Positions 18,400 to 29,214 of a stretch of DNA of 29,248 nt are shown here, piece after piece. Made by a program: the position numbers and the translations under genes. Origin of the DNA: an uncultured Thermococci archaeon (GTDB lineage: Archaea; Methanobacteriota_B; Thermococci; Thermococcales; Thermococcaceae); contig CAZAPD010000008.1 in the NCBI GenBank assembly GCA_964487115.1, positions 1 through 29,248 of the forward strand, written 5' to 3'. The notes below the pieces were generated by a model that was given only the letters and a program-made list of their open reading frames with translations, made no database searches and was not told the origin of the DNA. Each line of letters begins with the position of its first letter. Position 1 is the stretch's first letter.

Positions 18400-19065
18400 T
18401 TGAAGAAGAGGACTTTTTATGCTTTGCTCGTGGTAATTATCTTGGTTGTAGCTTCTCTATCAGTGGTAGGTTGCGGGTATAATAATTTTTCAAAGGTTAT
18501 CAATCCCGAGAAAAAGCCCTTAGCTGTTAAGTCTGTTGGAGCCCCCTATGAAGGAAAGCTGTATAAAATTGATTTTGAGAGTTATTTAACTGGCGATCCA
18601 TTTATTGATCTTAACATGACCCTCCGTTCTTCCTATGATAAAATCACGATTATAGTGGGAGATCCAAGTTTTAAAGGCTGTTCTGGAATGGAGTGTGCTC
18701 TTAGAAAGAGAACAGCGATGGAACTTGGTCTTATGATTGGGGCAATTTATGGTGTTAAGCCATATATTGAAAACATCCAGAAGGGAGCAAACAACACGAG
18801 TGCTCTGTACAAGGCAGCATACGAGGCAATGAAGAATGTGAAGTCAGATTATCTTGGCATGATGCAGAGGATTGACATAGGCTTAGGAAGGATAGGGAAC
18901 AAAAAACATCTAGTGATAATCCTTCTCGGTCCTGCAGAAGGAGCCACCATAAACAGGGTTTTCTGTCCACGGCAGGGGGTTCTCGTTATTGAAGGAAAGA
19001 GTGAAGATGCTCTGTTTGTTGAGGTGCTGACGATTAAGAGACTCATTGGTTCGGCTGTAAGGTGA
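18400..19065 (+). CDS. Secreted/membrane-anchored hypothetical protein, probable lipoprotein
   Basis: TTG start after GGAGGG. MKKR, a hydrophobic stretch, then lipobox-like SVVGC. The 3' end overlaps the convergent radical SAM gene by 23 bp. Confidence 0.8.
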   Translation: MKKRTFYALLVVIILVVASLSVVGCGYNNFSKVINPEKKPLAVKSVGAPYEGKLYKIDFESYLTGDPFIDLNMTLRSSYDKITIIVGDPSFKGCSGMECALRKRTAMELGLMIGAIYGVKPYIENIQKGANNTSALYKAAYEAMKNVKSDYLGMMQRIDIGLGRIGNKKHLVIILLGPAEGATINRVFCPRQGVLVIEGKSEDALFVEVLTIKRLIGSAVR

Positions 19066-20800
19066 TTCGATTACGGTATATATTCCTGTATTTTTCTTCT
19101 ATTATGCCTAAAAATTCTTCTTCACTCTGGAAGGGCCTCTTCGAGAGTATTCTTATTGCATTCTTTCTCCCTATTCCCGGTAGGTATGTGAGCACCTTTG
19201 AACTCTCCCGGTTCACCTCTATAGGCAGGGGGATTCCGGTTATACTCCTGAAACCATGTCCTACTATGAGGACATCATAAAATCTCTTCAGTTTTATTGT
19301 TTTTGGTATGCCGACTATTAGAGGATAACTGCCTATCTGCCGCCCGTATGTTAGACCGTTATCATAGATTTCTGCTCTGACTTCTCTTAGAACAGTACCC
19401 ACCGGAACCACTCGTTGGAGCATTGGAAGATCTATCTCATGTCTTATTTTGTATCTATAGTGTTTAATGAGATTTTTATGTTTCTCTATCTTAACTTTCT
19501 CTCTCATGCGCCACAGTGGAGTGTTTGGAAAGACCACAACCTGTCTTATGTTTATCCTCCTTACCATGAGACCATCATCAAAAAGTTTTTTGAGAAACTG
19601 GAATGTTATTTCATAGCTTTTCTTGGTTTCTCCGGGAAGACCAAAAAGTATATTTATACCCGGCAGAAGCCATGGCATGCCATTGTATCCTCTTTTTGCT
19701 CCAACTTTATTTAAAATTTTCACGGCATCATAAGTTTCTTCTGCAGTTGTGTTCAGATTATTTACCCGCGCCACTTTAGGGTCGGCATTCTCAAGCCCAA
19801 ATGCGACAACATTTCCAGGGGTACCGTATTTTATCAGTGCCTTTGCTATTCTGATGCTTTCCTCTGGATAGTTTGCTATTACAGCAGGATTTGCGTTGTC
19901 AACATGGAGAGTCTTAACCTCGGGGGCAACGTTCCTAATACTCCTAAAGAGCTTTTCCACAGCTTTAGAATTTGGTATTGGAACTCTTCCGTTTGGTTTC
20001 GCCATGTAAGAGAAGATACAGCTCTGCCTGCCTACTCTGAAATGTCTTACTCCCAAGTTGTAAAGAACTTTAACTTCCTTTACAATATCTTCGATAGGCC
20101 TATCTTGAACGGTTCTGTATCTCAGAGGCTCAGTGCAGAATGAACACCCTCCCATCCCCATGGCTTTTGGACATCCCCGCTGACTTTCGATTTCCACTAT
20201 GACAAAGTCTGGATAATCTGGGAACTGCTTAACCACCTCAGCCCCCAAAAGAGCATAGTCTTTGAGTTCTCCATAGCTCCTAAAACGATAGGGGTTGGCA
20301 TCTTTAGGAGCTGTGAGGAGATCATAGAGGAATGCTTCAAGGTCTCCATAGGCGATGTAATCAAAGACTTGCTCAGCTAAAAGGAGCTCTTTTAAGCCTA
20401 TTTTTTTCCCTCCCTCGTGAGCCGAACCCATAAAAGCCGGTCCGCCAAGGATCTTAACTCCATTAAATGGCTTCAAAAATCTTGCAACTTCTTCAACCTG
20501 TGAAGGAACGGCTGATAGATACTTTCCCGGAGTGTGGAGACCACCGATGTAAATTATCAGCTCTGCCTTTTTTAGTATCTTTTTGGCATCTTTTGCATTG
20601 GAAGTGCGATTTCTGGTTTTGATTCCCTGCTCTCCGTTAAAACTAAAACGAACATCATCTATTGTGAGATAAAAGATAGTGGCATCTGCTTTAGCTTTTT
20701 TCACTGCACCGTAAGCGTACCTCGGATATATCCCCATATAAGGGGGCACACCCAGTCCCGCAGGTTCATCAGTATAACCGTCAATGATAGCGACAATCAT
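19043..20800 (-). CDS. Radical SAM protein with C-terminal TRAM-like and helix-hairpin-helix domains
   Basis: IIDGYTDEPAGLGVPPY N-terminus, QRGCPKAMGMGGCSFC cluster motif, LHVDNANP, GRQIGSYPLIVG and LPGIGRKNA (HhH). Confidence 0.9.
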   Translation of the reverse strand: MIVAIIDGYTDEPAGLGVPPYMGIYPRYAYGAVKKAKADATIFYLTIDDVRFSFNGEQGIKTRNRTSNAKDAKKILKKAELIIYIGGLHTPGKYLSAVPSQVEEVARFLKPFNGVKILGGPAFMGSAHEGGKKIGLKELLLAEQVFDYIAYGDLEAFLYDLLTAPKDANPYRFRSYGELKDYALLGAEVVKQFPDYPDFVIVEIESQRGCPKAMGMGGCSFCTEPLRYRTVQDRPIEDIVKEVKVLYNLGVRHFRVGRQSCIFSYMAKPNGRVPIPNSKAVEKLFRSIRNVAPEVKTLHVDNANPAVIANYPEESIRIAKALIKYGTPGNVVAFGLENADPKVARVNNLNTTAEETYDAVKILNKVGAKRGYNGMPWLLPGINILFGLPGETKKSYEITFQFLKKLFDDGLMVRRINIRQVVVFPNTPLWRMREKVKIEKHKNLIKHYRYKIRHEIDLPMLQRVVPVGTVLREVRAEIYDNGLTYGRQIGSYPLIVGIPKTIKLKRFYDVLIVGHGFRSITGIPLPIEVNRESSKVLTYLPGIGRKNAIRILSKRPFQSEEEFLGIIEEKYRNIYRNRITLQPNQ

Positions 20801-20839
20801 GATGTCTGATTAGATTGAGAATTTAAAAAATCAACTATA

Positions 20840-22296
<1,457 letters not shown>

Positions 22297-22391
22297 GCTC
22301 TCTCCCCCAGAAAATATATCCTATAACTCTTTTTATACTTTTGTCTCTTGTCTCCCATAATCTCCAGAAAAGGTAGAAATAAAAATGAAAA

Positions 22392-22742
22392 TTAGCTTCG
22401 GTATTCATCAAGTAGCTGAATAATCTGTTCTGCCTCTTCTTTGCTGGGTAGATATTCTTCCTTGGCGAATATGACTCGAAAATCAAAGTAGTCTTTTGGC
22501 ATAAGATCAATTAATTTAACCGCTAATCTCTCGTCAAGCCACTCAAATAGTCCCATTAATTTTTCTTTTAGTTCTCTTGCCTGTTCAGGTGTAATCTTTG
22601 CAAATCTCTCTGCATGCTCCAAGCTAACTCTGGCTTCATAAAACATTTCCTCGTCTTTATTATCTTCCTTTCTTTTGCGGAGGAGTTCTTTTGTCTCCGG
22701 AACTGTAACATAATGCTCTTCAATCTTTTTTCTTCCTATCAT
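22392..22742 (-). CDS. rpo4: DNA-directed RNA polymerase subunit Rpo4 (RpoF)
   Basis: MIGRKKIEE...YEARVSLEHAERFAK...AVKLIDLMP, downstream of rpl21e. ATG 22742 follows GTGAGG. Confidence 0.93.
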   Translation of the reverse strand: MIGRKKIEEHYVTVPETKELLRKRKEDNKDEEMFYEARVSLEHAERFAKITPEQARELKEKLMGLFEWLDERLAVKLIDLMPKDYFDFRVIFAKEEYLPSKEEAEQIIQLLDEYRS

Positions 22743-22747
22743 ATTCC

Positions 22748-23041
22748 TCACTTCTGAGGTCTTAAGTGGACAGGATGAACGAAAAATTTCTTGACTTTAC
22801 TTCCATCCGAAACTTCCACAATGTATGCATCTCCCCTCTTTCCGATGATAGTTCCTGTTCTCCCGTGAAATCTGGGGTCGGGCATTCCTCTGTGGTAACT
22901 TGGTTCAATTACTATATGGACTCTCTGGCCGGTTTCAAACTCTTGGAGGAATCTTGTGAGTGGAGGTAGACCTCTTTTTCTTGGTGTTTTACTGAGCTTA
23001 CCTCTGGTCTTCCTTCTAAAGCTATGTGCTTTTTGAACCAT
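22748..23041 (-). CDS. rpl21e: 50S ribosomal protein L21e (eL21)
   Basis: [16 protein letters not shown]...[12 protein letters not shown]...[18 protein letters not shown] before ATG 23041. Confidence 0.97.
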   Translation of the reverse strand: MVQKAHSFRRKTRGKLSKTPRKRGLPPLTRFLQEFETGQRVHIVIEPSYHRGMPDPRFHGRTGTIIGKRGDAYIVEVSDGSKVKKFFVHPVHLRPQK

Positions 23042-23056
23042 TTTAAACCACCTCAC

Positions 23057-23141
23057 AAACTTTACTTAACCGATACAGCAGATTTAGGGCTTTTCAACTT
23101 AGGAAGTCACGCGGGTGTTTCCCGATCCATTTAGGTCATTA
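23057..23141 (-). promoter_or_regulatory. Probable long structured 5' leader (or small ncRNA) upstream of rpl21e
   Basis: TTTATAAA at 23151-23158 overlaps the pus10 stop. The leader has a CGGG-AAACA-CCCG hairpin (23124-23112) enclosed by GGA/UCC and three CCUAA repeats. Confidence 0.5.
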
Positions 23142-23151
23142 ACAAAATCGT

Positions 23152-24315
23152 TTATAAATCTTTCACCTCAAGAACATCCAGCAATTTGCATGACGCCTGT
23201 TTTTTTAGAATCGAAGCTACCGAGGGTATGGTCCTTCCATCATCACCTGAAATTAGTTCCTTTATGTACAATCCTCCATCCACCAAAAGCTTAAGCTTAA
23301 AATGTCTTTTGTCGAGTAGCTCTCCCTTTGCCCAGTAGACTTTTCTCTCCCGGATTATGTCTGCCCTTCTTCTAAGAACTCTTTTGGGAGTTTTCTGGTG
23401 GATTAAAACATTAGTAAGGGCTTTTTCAACTTTCATTATATCCGTAATATCAACGCCATCTTCAACGTAGACAAGAGCCTCATATATTTTTTTAGGATTT
23501 TTGGTTAGGATTTTTCTCATCTCCTCTCTCGTAGAAAACCTTAGGTCTAAAACTTGAATTTTTCCACTTGCATTGATTTCTTCAATTATCTCATTCAAAT
23601 CTATTTTTCTTCGCTTGGGGCTTTTTATTTCTAAAATAAAAGGCCTACCATTGCCTAACATTCTAACGTCTATATCCTCTCTGCCTGCACCATGAAAAAT
23701 ACATCTGCCACGTGTTCTCTTTGAAAATGATGTGCATATGAGTGAGGCTATACTCTCTTTATATCCCTTAAGGGGGGTTTGGGGAATGCCCCTGATGAGC
23801 TTCCTGTATCTTCCATATATAAAGAGCGGTTTAATTTGAAAATGAACCTCTTCTTTATAGGGATTAACTATGAAAACTATATCTGGAGAGCTCTTATTCA
23901 CAGGCCTCTTTAAGATTTCTTCAAGCTTCTTTCCAAGTTCTCTATTAAATTCCCTGTTTATTGGCTCCCAGTATTCAAGTTCAAATTTTTTAACTATCTC
24001 TTTCTCCTTTTTAAGAATCTCCTCAGGAAATTTCGATCCGATAAGAAAGCTTTCAAACTCTATGGTCTCAGCTTTTTCTCTCACATAACTGGATACTTTT
24101 TCAATTTGATCAAAAACATTAAAGCAGAGAACACATTCTTTAGGCTCATTTAGAGGCTTTATCCCTCTAATTTCTCGTTCCATATTTACTATAAGCCTGA
24201 TTGAAGCCCCTCTTTTAGAATTTTCTCCTTTTCCAAGTTTAGCAAATAGTCTGCCCAAACAGTGGTTGCATAGAGGGTATTCTTCAAGCACCTTCTCGGC
24301 TTTTTCAATTATCAT
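23152..24315 (-). CDS. pus10: tRNA pseudouridine(54/55) synthase Pus10
   Basis: LCNHCLGRLF Zn site, YGRYRKLIRGIPQT, catalytic HGAGREDIDVRMLG and GGLYIKELISGD. ATG 24315 follows GGTGAT. Confidence 0.95.
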   Translation of the reverse strand: MIIEKAEKVLEEYPLCNHCLGRLFAKLGKGENSKRGASIRLIVNMEREIRGIKPLNEPKECVLCFNVFDQIEKVSSYVREKAETIEFESFLIGSKFPEEILKKEKEIVKKFELEYWEPINREFNRELGKKLEEILKRPVNKSSPDIVFIVNPYKEEVHFQIKPLFIYGRYRKLIRGIPQTPLKGYKESIASLICTSFSKRTRGRCIFHGAGREDIDVRMLGNGRPFILEIKSPKRRKIDLNEIIEEINASGKIQVLDLRFSTREEMRKILTKNPKKIYEALVYVEDGVDITDIMKVEKALTNVLIHQKTPKRVLRRRADIIRERKVYWAKGELLDKRHFKLKLLVDGGLYIKELISGDDGRTIPSVASILKKQASCKLLDVLEVKDL

Positions 24316-24418
24316 GCCCATCACCTGACAATATGACAATTTTTTATCCTAAATCCCAATTGGCTTTGACATTTATACAACCTCAAGGTTTATATTTTGA
24401 GTTTTTAATTAAGTGTCG

Positions 24419-24712
24419 ATGATGACTCGAAGACAGAGAATAATAAATCTTTTGGAGGAAAAAGATTACAGCGTATCTGAGCTGGCTTTAATACTTGGAA
24501 TAAGAGGCAAGGGTAGTAAAAAAATCATCATCGAGGATTTAAGGACGATAGCAAAAGCCTTAAGGCGAGAAGGCAAAGTTCTCATGATTCATCCCGCAGT
24601 ATGCAGGAAATGTGGGTTTATATTTAGCCCTGATATTCGTATTCCCTCTAAATGCCCTCGATGTAAATCAAACTGGATTGATGAACCCAGATTTAGGATA
24701 AGCCAGAGGTGA
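24419..24712 (+). CDS. Small HTH + Zn-ribbon protein (putative transcriptional regulator)
   Basis: TRRQRIINLL...SVSELA (wHTH) and CRKCGF...CPRCKS. TATA at 24389-24396 about 23 nt before the ATG suggests a leaderless transcript. Confidence 0.88.
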   Translation: MMTRRQRIINLLEEKDYSVSELALILGIRGKGSKKIIIEDLRTIAKALRREGKVLMIHPAVCRKCGFIFSPDIRIPSKCPRCKSNWIDEPRFRISQR

Positions 24713-24716
24713 TAAC

Positions 24717-26036
24717 ATGAAAAAAATTGAACTCTTTATGCAGGAGAAAGGAATCCAGCCAGGTGATACTATCAGGATTGTTGAAAAGGAAAATGGGAAT
24801 ACTGTGGTGTATGAAGGAATTGTAATGCCTCCCTATGAACTCTCAAGTGGTGAAACCATCACCCTAAAGCTTGACAATGGATATAACATTGGTATCTTAA
24901 TTGACAGTGTTGTAAAAGTAGAGATAATAGAAAAGGCCAAACCGAAGGAGAAAAAGGAATTTAAAACACTCTTACCAAAAAATCCTGACCTTCCGAATGT
25001 GACTATACTCGGAACAGGAGGCACGATAGCATCAAGGATAGACTACAAAACGGGAGCTGTACATCCTGCGTTTACCGCTGAGGAACTGGCTATGGCAGTT
25101 CCAGAGATATTTGAAATTGCCAATATTACTCCAAAACTCATAATGAATATACTAAGTGAGGATATGCGTCCGGAATATTGGAAAAAAGTAGCTCATGAAA
25201 CAGCAAGGGCCTTGAATTCTGGAGAAGATGGAATTGTGATAGCTCATGGAACTGATACAATGGCCTACACGGCGGCAGCTCTGAGCTTTATACTCAGAAA
25301 CCTTCAGAAGCCAGTGATTCTTGTTGGTGCCCAGAGAAGCAGTGACAGACCATCAAGCGATGCTGCTATGAATCTTATTTGTTCAACAAAAATGGCAACA
25401 GCCGATTTTGGTGAAGTTGCAGTGGTAATGCATGGAGAAACTGGAGATACTTACTGTCTGGCACACAGAGGGACAAAAGTCAGAAAAATGCACACGTCAC
25501 GGAGAGATGCGTTTAGGAGCATAAATGATATTCCAATAGCCAGAATTTGGCCCAAAGGTAAGATTGAATTTCTCAGGGGGGATTACAGAAGAAGAGGGGA
25601 AGAGGAGGTTTTCGTTGATGATAAAATGGAAGAAAAAGTTGCTCTTATAAAATCCTTCCCGGGTATGCAGAAGGAGATACTTGAATTTCTTATCGACAGG
25701 GAGTATAAGGGAATCGTTCTTGAAGGAACTGGACTTGGTCATGTTCCAACTTACTTAATAGATACCATAGAAAGAGCAACTCAAGAAGGAATTGCAGTAT
25801 GTATGACGAGCCAATGCCTTTATGGGAGGATAAATCTTAATGTCTATTCAACAGGCAGAAGGTTGTTAAATGCTGGTGTAATCCCATGTGAAGACATGCT
25901 TCCAGAAACAGCTTATGTGAAGCTTATATGGGTTCTTGGACACACCCAGAACCTTAAAGAAGTTAAGGAAATGATGCTTAGAAACTATGCCGGAGAAATA
26001 ACACCGTATACACGGTTTGATACTTATCTGAGGTGA
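24717..26036 (+). CDS. gatD: Glutamyl-tRNA(Gln) amidotransferase subunit D
   Basis: [10 protein letters not shown]-domain, then asparaginase-like [30 protein letters not shown] and [10 protein letters not shown] motifs. Confidence 0.97.
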   Translation: MKKIELFMQEKGIQPGDTIRIVEKENGNTVVYEGIVMPPYELSSGETITLKLDNGYNIGILIDSVVKVEIIEKAKPKEKKEFKTLLPKNPDLPNVTILGTGGTIASRIDYKTGAVHPAFTAEELAMAVPEIFEIANITPKLIMNILSEDMRPEYWKKVAHETARALNSGEDGIVIAHGTDTMAYTAAALSFILRNLQKPVILVGAQRSSDRPSSDAAMNLICSTKMATADFGEVAVVMHGETGDTYCLAHRGTKVRKMHTSRRDAFRSINDIPIARIWPKGKIEFLRGDYRRRGEEEVFVDDKMEEKVALIKSFPGMQKEILEFLIDREYKGIVLEGTGLGHVPTYLIDTIERATQEGIAVCMTSQCLYGRINLNVYSTGRRLLNAGVIPCEDMLPETAYVKLIWVLGHTQNLKEVKEMMLRNYAGEITPYTRFDTYLR

Positions 26037-26041
26037 TTAAA

Positions 26042-27925
26042 ATGGAGCTCAACTATGATGAGCTGGGACTCAAAGTTGGATTAGAAATCCACAGGCAGCT
26101 GGACACTAAAAAATTATTCTCACCTGCTCCAAGTGAGTTGTATGATGAAGTTGAATTCACATTTCAGCGACGGTTAAGACCGACGATGAGCGAGCTTGGA
26201 GAGATTGATCCAGCAGCTCTTGAAGAATTCAAAAAGGGAAGAACTTTTATTTATGAGGGAAATCATCAGCTCAGTGATTTGGTTTATATCGATGAAGAAC
26301 CTCCACATCCCCCAGATGAAGAAGCTTTAATGGTTTCTCTTCAGATAGCTTATCTTCTAAATGCAACTCCCGTTGATGAGGTTCATTTCATGAGAAAAAT
26401 TGTTATAGACGGTTCAAATGTTTCGGGCTTTCAAAGAACAGCGATAATAGCAATGAATGGCAAAGTTGACACTCCTTGGGGAAGCGTTGGTATTCCCACA
26501 ATATGTCTCGAGGAAGATGCATGCAGAATTGTTGAGAGGGAGGACAGGAAAGTTATATATCGCCTTGATAGACTCGGAATTCCCTTGGTAGAAATAGCAA
26601 CAACTCCTGATATACACCACCCAGAACAGGCGAAAGTTGTTGCAAAGTTCATAGGCGATGCCTTAAGAGCCACGAGGAAAGTCAAAAGAGGACTTGGAAC
26701 AATTAGACAGGATTTGAATGTGTCCATTAGAGATGGTGCCAGAATTGAAATTAAAGGTGTTCAGGAGCTTGATATGATACCTCTTATCATTGAACGTGAA
26801 GTCATAAGGCAGATCAATCTTTTGGAAATCAGCAAAGAGCTGAGAAGAAGGGGAGTCAGAAGAGATGACATAGTTGAAGAGTTCCATGATGTAACGGACA
26901 TCTTCAAAAACACGGGATCAAAGATAATCGCAAGAACAATAAAGAAAGGTGGAAAAGTTTTAGCGGTTAAACTTCCCAAGTTCAGGGGTCTGGTAGGAAA
27001 GGAAATACAACCCGGGAGAAGATTGGGAACGGAAATGGCCGACAGAGCAAAGAAGTATGTTAAAGGTATTTTCCATATTGATGAATTACCGAACTATGGA
27101 ATTACACAGGAAGAGGTGGATGCAGTTATTGAAAGACTTGGGCTTGGAGATGAAGATGCATTTGTCGTAGTTGCAGCTGAGGAGGAGACAGCTAAGAAAG
27201 CTCTCAGGGAAGTCCTTCAGAGAGCTAAAGAAGCCATTGAAGGTGTTCCTGAGGAAACAAGAAGGGCCCTCCCGGATGGAAATACTCAGTATATGCGTCC
27301 TCTTCCTGGAAAGGCAAGGATGTATCCGGAAACTGATATTCCTCCGATACTAATAACAGATGATATAAAAGAAGAAATACTTGCGAATTTACCTGAATAT
27401 CCACAGCAGAGAATTGAAAGATACATCAGGGAATACAAAATTGACAGGAGTCTGGCCGAGACTTTGGTTAATGATGAGCGTGATGAGCTCTTTGAAGAGC
27501 TTATATCAATGGGAGCAAAGCCCTCACTTGCGGCTTCAATCCTTGTGGTTGTTCTCAGGGGTCTCAAGAAAGAAGCTCCAATTGAGAACATCACAGATGA
27601 ACACATTAAAGAGGCTTTTGAACTTCTTCTCCAGAACAAAATTGCAAAGGAAGCCTTTGAAGAAATATTTATCGAACTTGCTAACCATCCAGAAAAGAGT
27701 GCCCTTCAGGTGGCTGAAGAGAAGGGGCTTACTTTGTTAAGCGAAGAAGAAGTTAAAAAGATAATCAACGAGATAGTCCAGCAGAACATTGATGCTATAC
27801 GAGCTAAGGGCATGGGTGCTATGGGAATGATAATGGGCAGAGCAATGGCCAAGCTCAGAGGAAAGGCAGATGGAAAGTTAGTCAGCTTACTCGTGAGAAG
27901 AAAAATTCAGGAGATAATAGGTTGA
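26042..27925 (+). CDS. gatE: Glutamyl-tRNA(Gln) amidotransferase subunit E
   Basis: [41 protein letters not shown] and [10 protein letters not shown] motifs. ATG 26042 follows AGGTGA (track start GTG 26033). Confidence 0.97.
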   Translation: MELNYDELGLKVGLEIHRQLDTKKLFSPAPSELYDEVEFTFQRRLRPTMSELGEIDPAALEEFKKGRTFIYEGNHQLSDLVYIDEEPPHPPDEEALMVSLQIAYLLNATPVDEVHFMRKIVIDGSNVSGFQRTAIIAMNGKVDTPWGSVGIPTICLEEDACRIVEREDRKVIYRLDRLGIPLVEIATTPDIHHPEQAKVVAKFIGDALRATRKVKRGLGTIRQDLNVSIRDGARIEIKGVQELDMIPLIIEREVIRQINLLEISKELRRRGVRRDDIVEEFHDVTDIFKNTGSKIIARTIKKGGKVLAVKLPKFRGLVGKEIQPGRRLGTEMADRAKKYVKGIFHIDELPNYGITQEEVDAVIERLGLGDEDAFVVVAAEEETAKKALREVLQRAKEAIEGVPEETRRALPDGNTQYMRPLPGKARMYPETDIPPILITDDIKEEILANLPEYPQQRIERYIREYKIDRSLAETLVNDERDELFEELISMGAKPSLAASILVVVLRGLKKEAPIENITDEHIKEAFELLLQNKIAKEAFEEIFIELANHPEKSALQVAEEKGLTLLSEEEVKKIINEIVQQNIDAIRAKGMGAMGMIMGRAMAKLRGKADGKLVSLLVRRKIQEIIG

Positions 27926-27950
27926 GTTAAATTTTTAACTTTTTCTTCTT
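27925..27950 (+). terminator. Putative terminator after gatE
   Basis: AGTTAAA-TT-TTTAACT inverted repeat followed by TTTTCTTCTT. Confidence 0.55.
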
Positions 27951-27969
27951 AGCTTTTATATGTGGAACT

Positions 27970-28494
27970 ATGGAAGGAAAAATAAGAGTTATTTACTATC
28001 TCTTTAAGGTTCAGGATCAGCCGATAGGCACATATGCAAAGGAGATCGAAAAGCATCTAAAATATTTTGTCAGACTTGTAAATCCTGATGAATACACTCT
28101 TTTTGAGAATTCCAAAAGCTTCCTGAAAAATTCGAGAAACCTGTATATCATTGAGCTCAGGGATGATATCAGCAGGTGGTTTTACCTTACTACTGAGTTA
28201 GGAACCATCAAAAAACCGGAAGTAGCATATGAGTATGAGGTTGGTACGGAACAGGGTCTTGAGGCTGTTTTCAGAGGGATTGCAGAGGGCTCCACCCATG
28301 GGCGTTCTCGCGTTGATACGTTTTTGGCAGTGCTTCAGGTTCTCCTCTGGGGAGGCTTTCTTTTCCTGAGCTACATCGGCTACAAAAATGAGAAGTTCCA
28401 GTGGATAAATAACCTCTTTCTCCCCTCCGTTTTTATTCTCTCGGGCACCATAGAGGGATTCAGAAGAGGTTATAAAAAGAGGAGGAAACCCTGA
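27970..28494 (+). CDS. Hypothetical membrane protein (soluble N-domain + two C-terminal TM helices), paralog 1
   Basis: 174-aa ORF with two hydrophobic helices and a basic tail. Aligns by eye with the next ORF. Confidence 0.8.
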   Translation: MEGKIRVIYYLFKVQDQPIGTYAKEIEKHLKYFVRLVNPDEYTLFENSKSFLKNSRNLYIIELRDDISRWFYLTTELGTIKKPEVAYEYEVGTEQGLEAVFRGIAEGSTHGRSRVDTFLAVLQVLLWGGFLFLSYIGYKNEKFQWINNLFLPSVFILSGTIEGFRRGYKKRRKP

Positions 28495-29117
28495 TGGGAG
28501 GCGGAAGGAGATTTCAAATTTTTCACGAGAAGAAAACATGCGTTTATGCATGCCTTAGGTTCGATGCACTCTCCTTTGGCATGAGGGAAGTGGAAGGCTA
28601 TCTAAACTCAGAGGGGATACACTTTATGAGGCTGGTTGATCCAGACCCAGATTTTATCACCCCGGAAATCGCCTCGGTTTATCACGGCGGTCGTTTCATC
28701 ACGATATTGGAGGTCAGGGATGAACTCGGAAGGGCGTTTTACCTCTTTTCCACAGGGATGCCTTTTGATGTTGAAGCACTTATGAAACCTGATTTTGCTC
28801 TGGCGTTTAGTGTGGGAAACGAGAACGGCTTTGAAGAGCTCATGAGGATGATATTCCGACGGAGGATAGCAGGGGCGAGGTACAAGCACCGTTCTCTTTT
28901 CAACTTCTTCCTGAGCTTCTTTCTAAGCATGATTATTTCGGCTTTCATAGGATTTACGAGTATTGTGATTCAGGCCATTGTAGTAGGTTTAGTGGCTTTC
29001 ATTCTCTTCATGATAGCAGATTATCCCTTCTCTGTGCTCTATTTTAGGGGTGTAAAGGTGATACCCGTGCCTAAACAGAGAACAAAGGTATTCATGATCA
29101 GGATGAAGAAGGGTTAA
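28494..29117 (+). CDS. Hypothetical membrane protein (soluble N-domain + two C-terminal TM helices), paralog 2
   Basis: TGATG stop/start overlap with a GGAGGA RBS. Shares RLV(N/D)PD, (I/L)E(L/V)RD...FYL and KP...VG.E.G.E motifs with the previous ORF. Confidence 0.8.
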   Translation: MGGGRRFQIFHEKKTCVYACLRFDALSFGMREVEGYLNSEGIHFMRLVDPDPDFITPEIASVYHGGRFITILEVRDELGRAFYLFSTGMPFDVEALMKPDFALAFSVGNENGFEELMRMIFRRRIAGARYKHRSLFNFFLSFFLSMIISAFIGFTSIVIQAIVVGLVAFILFMIADYPFSVLYFRGVKVIPVPKQRTKVFMIRMKKG

Positions 29118-29177
29118 AGGGTCAGAGCATCGGCTCCTCGTCACCCATCAGAGTGAGGGAAATGGTCATCATCCCCC
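29118..29177 (-). ncRNA. Box C/D 2'-O-methylation guide sRNA
   Basis: Minus strand reads GGGGG-AUGAUGA(C)-CCAUUUCCCUCACU-CUGA(D')-UGG-GUGACGA(C')-GGAGCCGAUGCU-CUGA(D)-CCCU. About 60 nt, intergenic, with a terminal GGG/CCC stem. Confidence 0.9.
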
Positions 29178-29196
29178 GGAACCTTAGTGGATTCCC

Positions 29197-29214
29197 TTTA
29201 AAAATCTGTTTTAC
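29197..29214 (-). promoter_or_regulatory. Putative BRE-TATA promoter of the C/D sRNA
   Basis: Minus strand GGTAAAACAGA-TTTTTAAA, ending about 20 nt upstream of the sRNA 5' end. Confidence 0.55.

Noticed and set aside
23057..23151. Possible tRNA or SRP RNA in the pus10-rpl21e spacer
   Set aside because: No cloverleaf or T-loop motif, and 95 bp is far too short for archaeal SRP RNA.
24419..24480. ATGATGA...CTGA spanning 62 nt, resembling a second C/D sRNA
   Set aside because: It is the Met-Met-Thr start of the HTH/Zn-ribbon CDS. There are no convincing internal D'/C' boxes and the guide lengths would be irregular.
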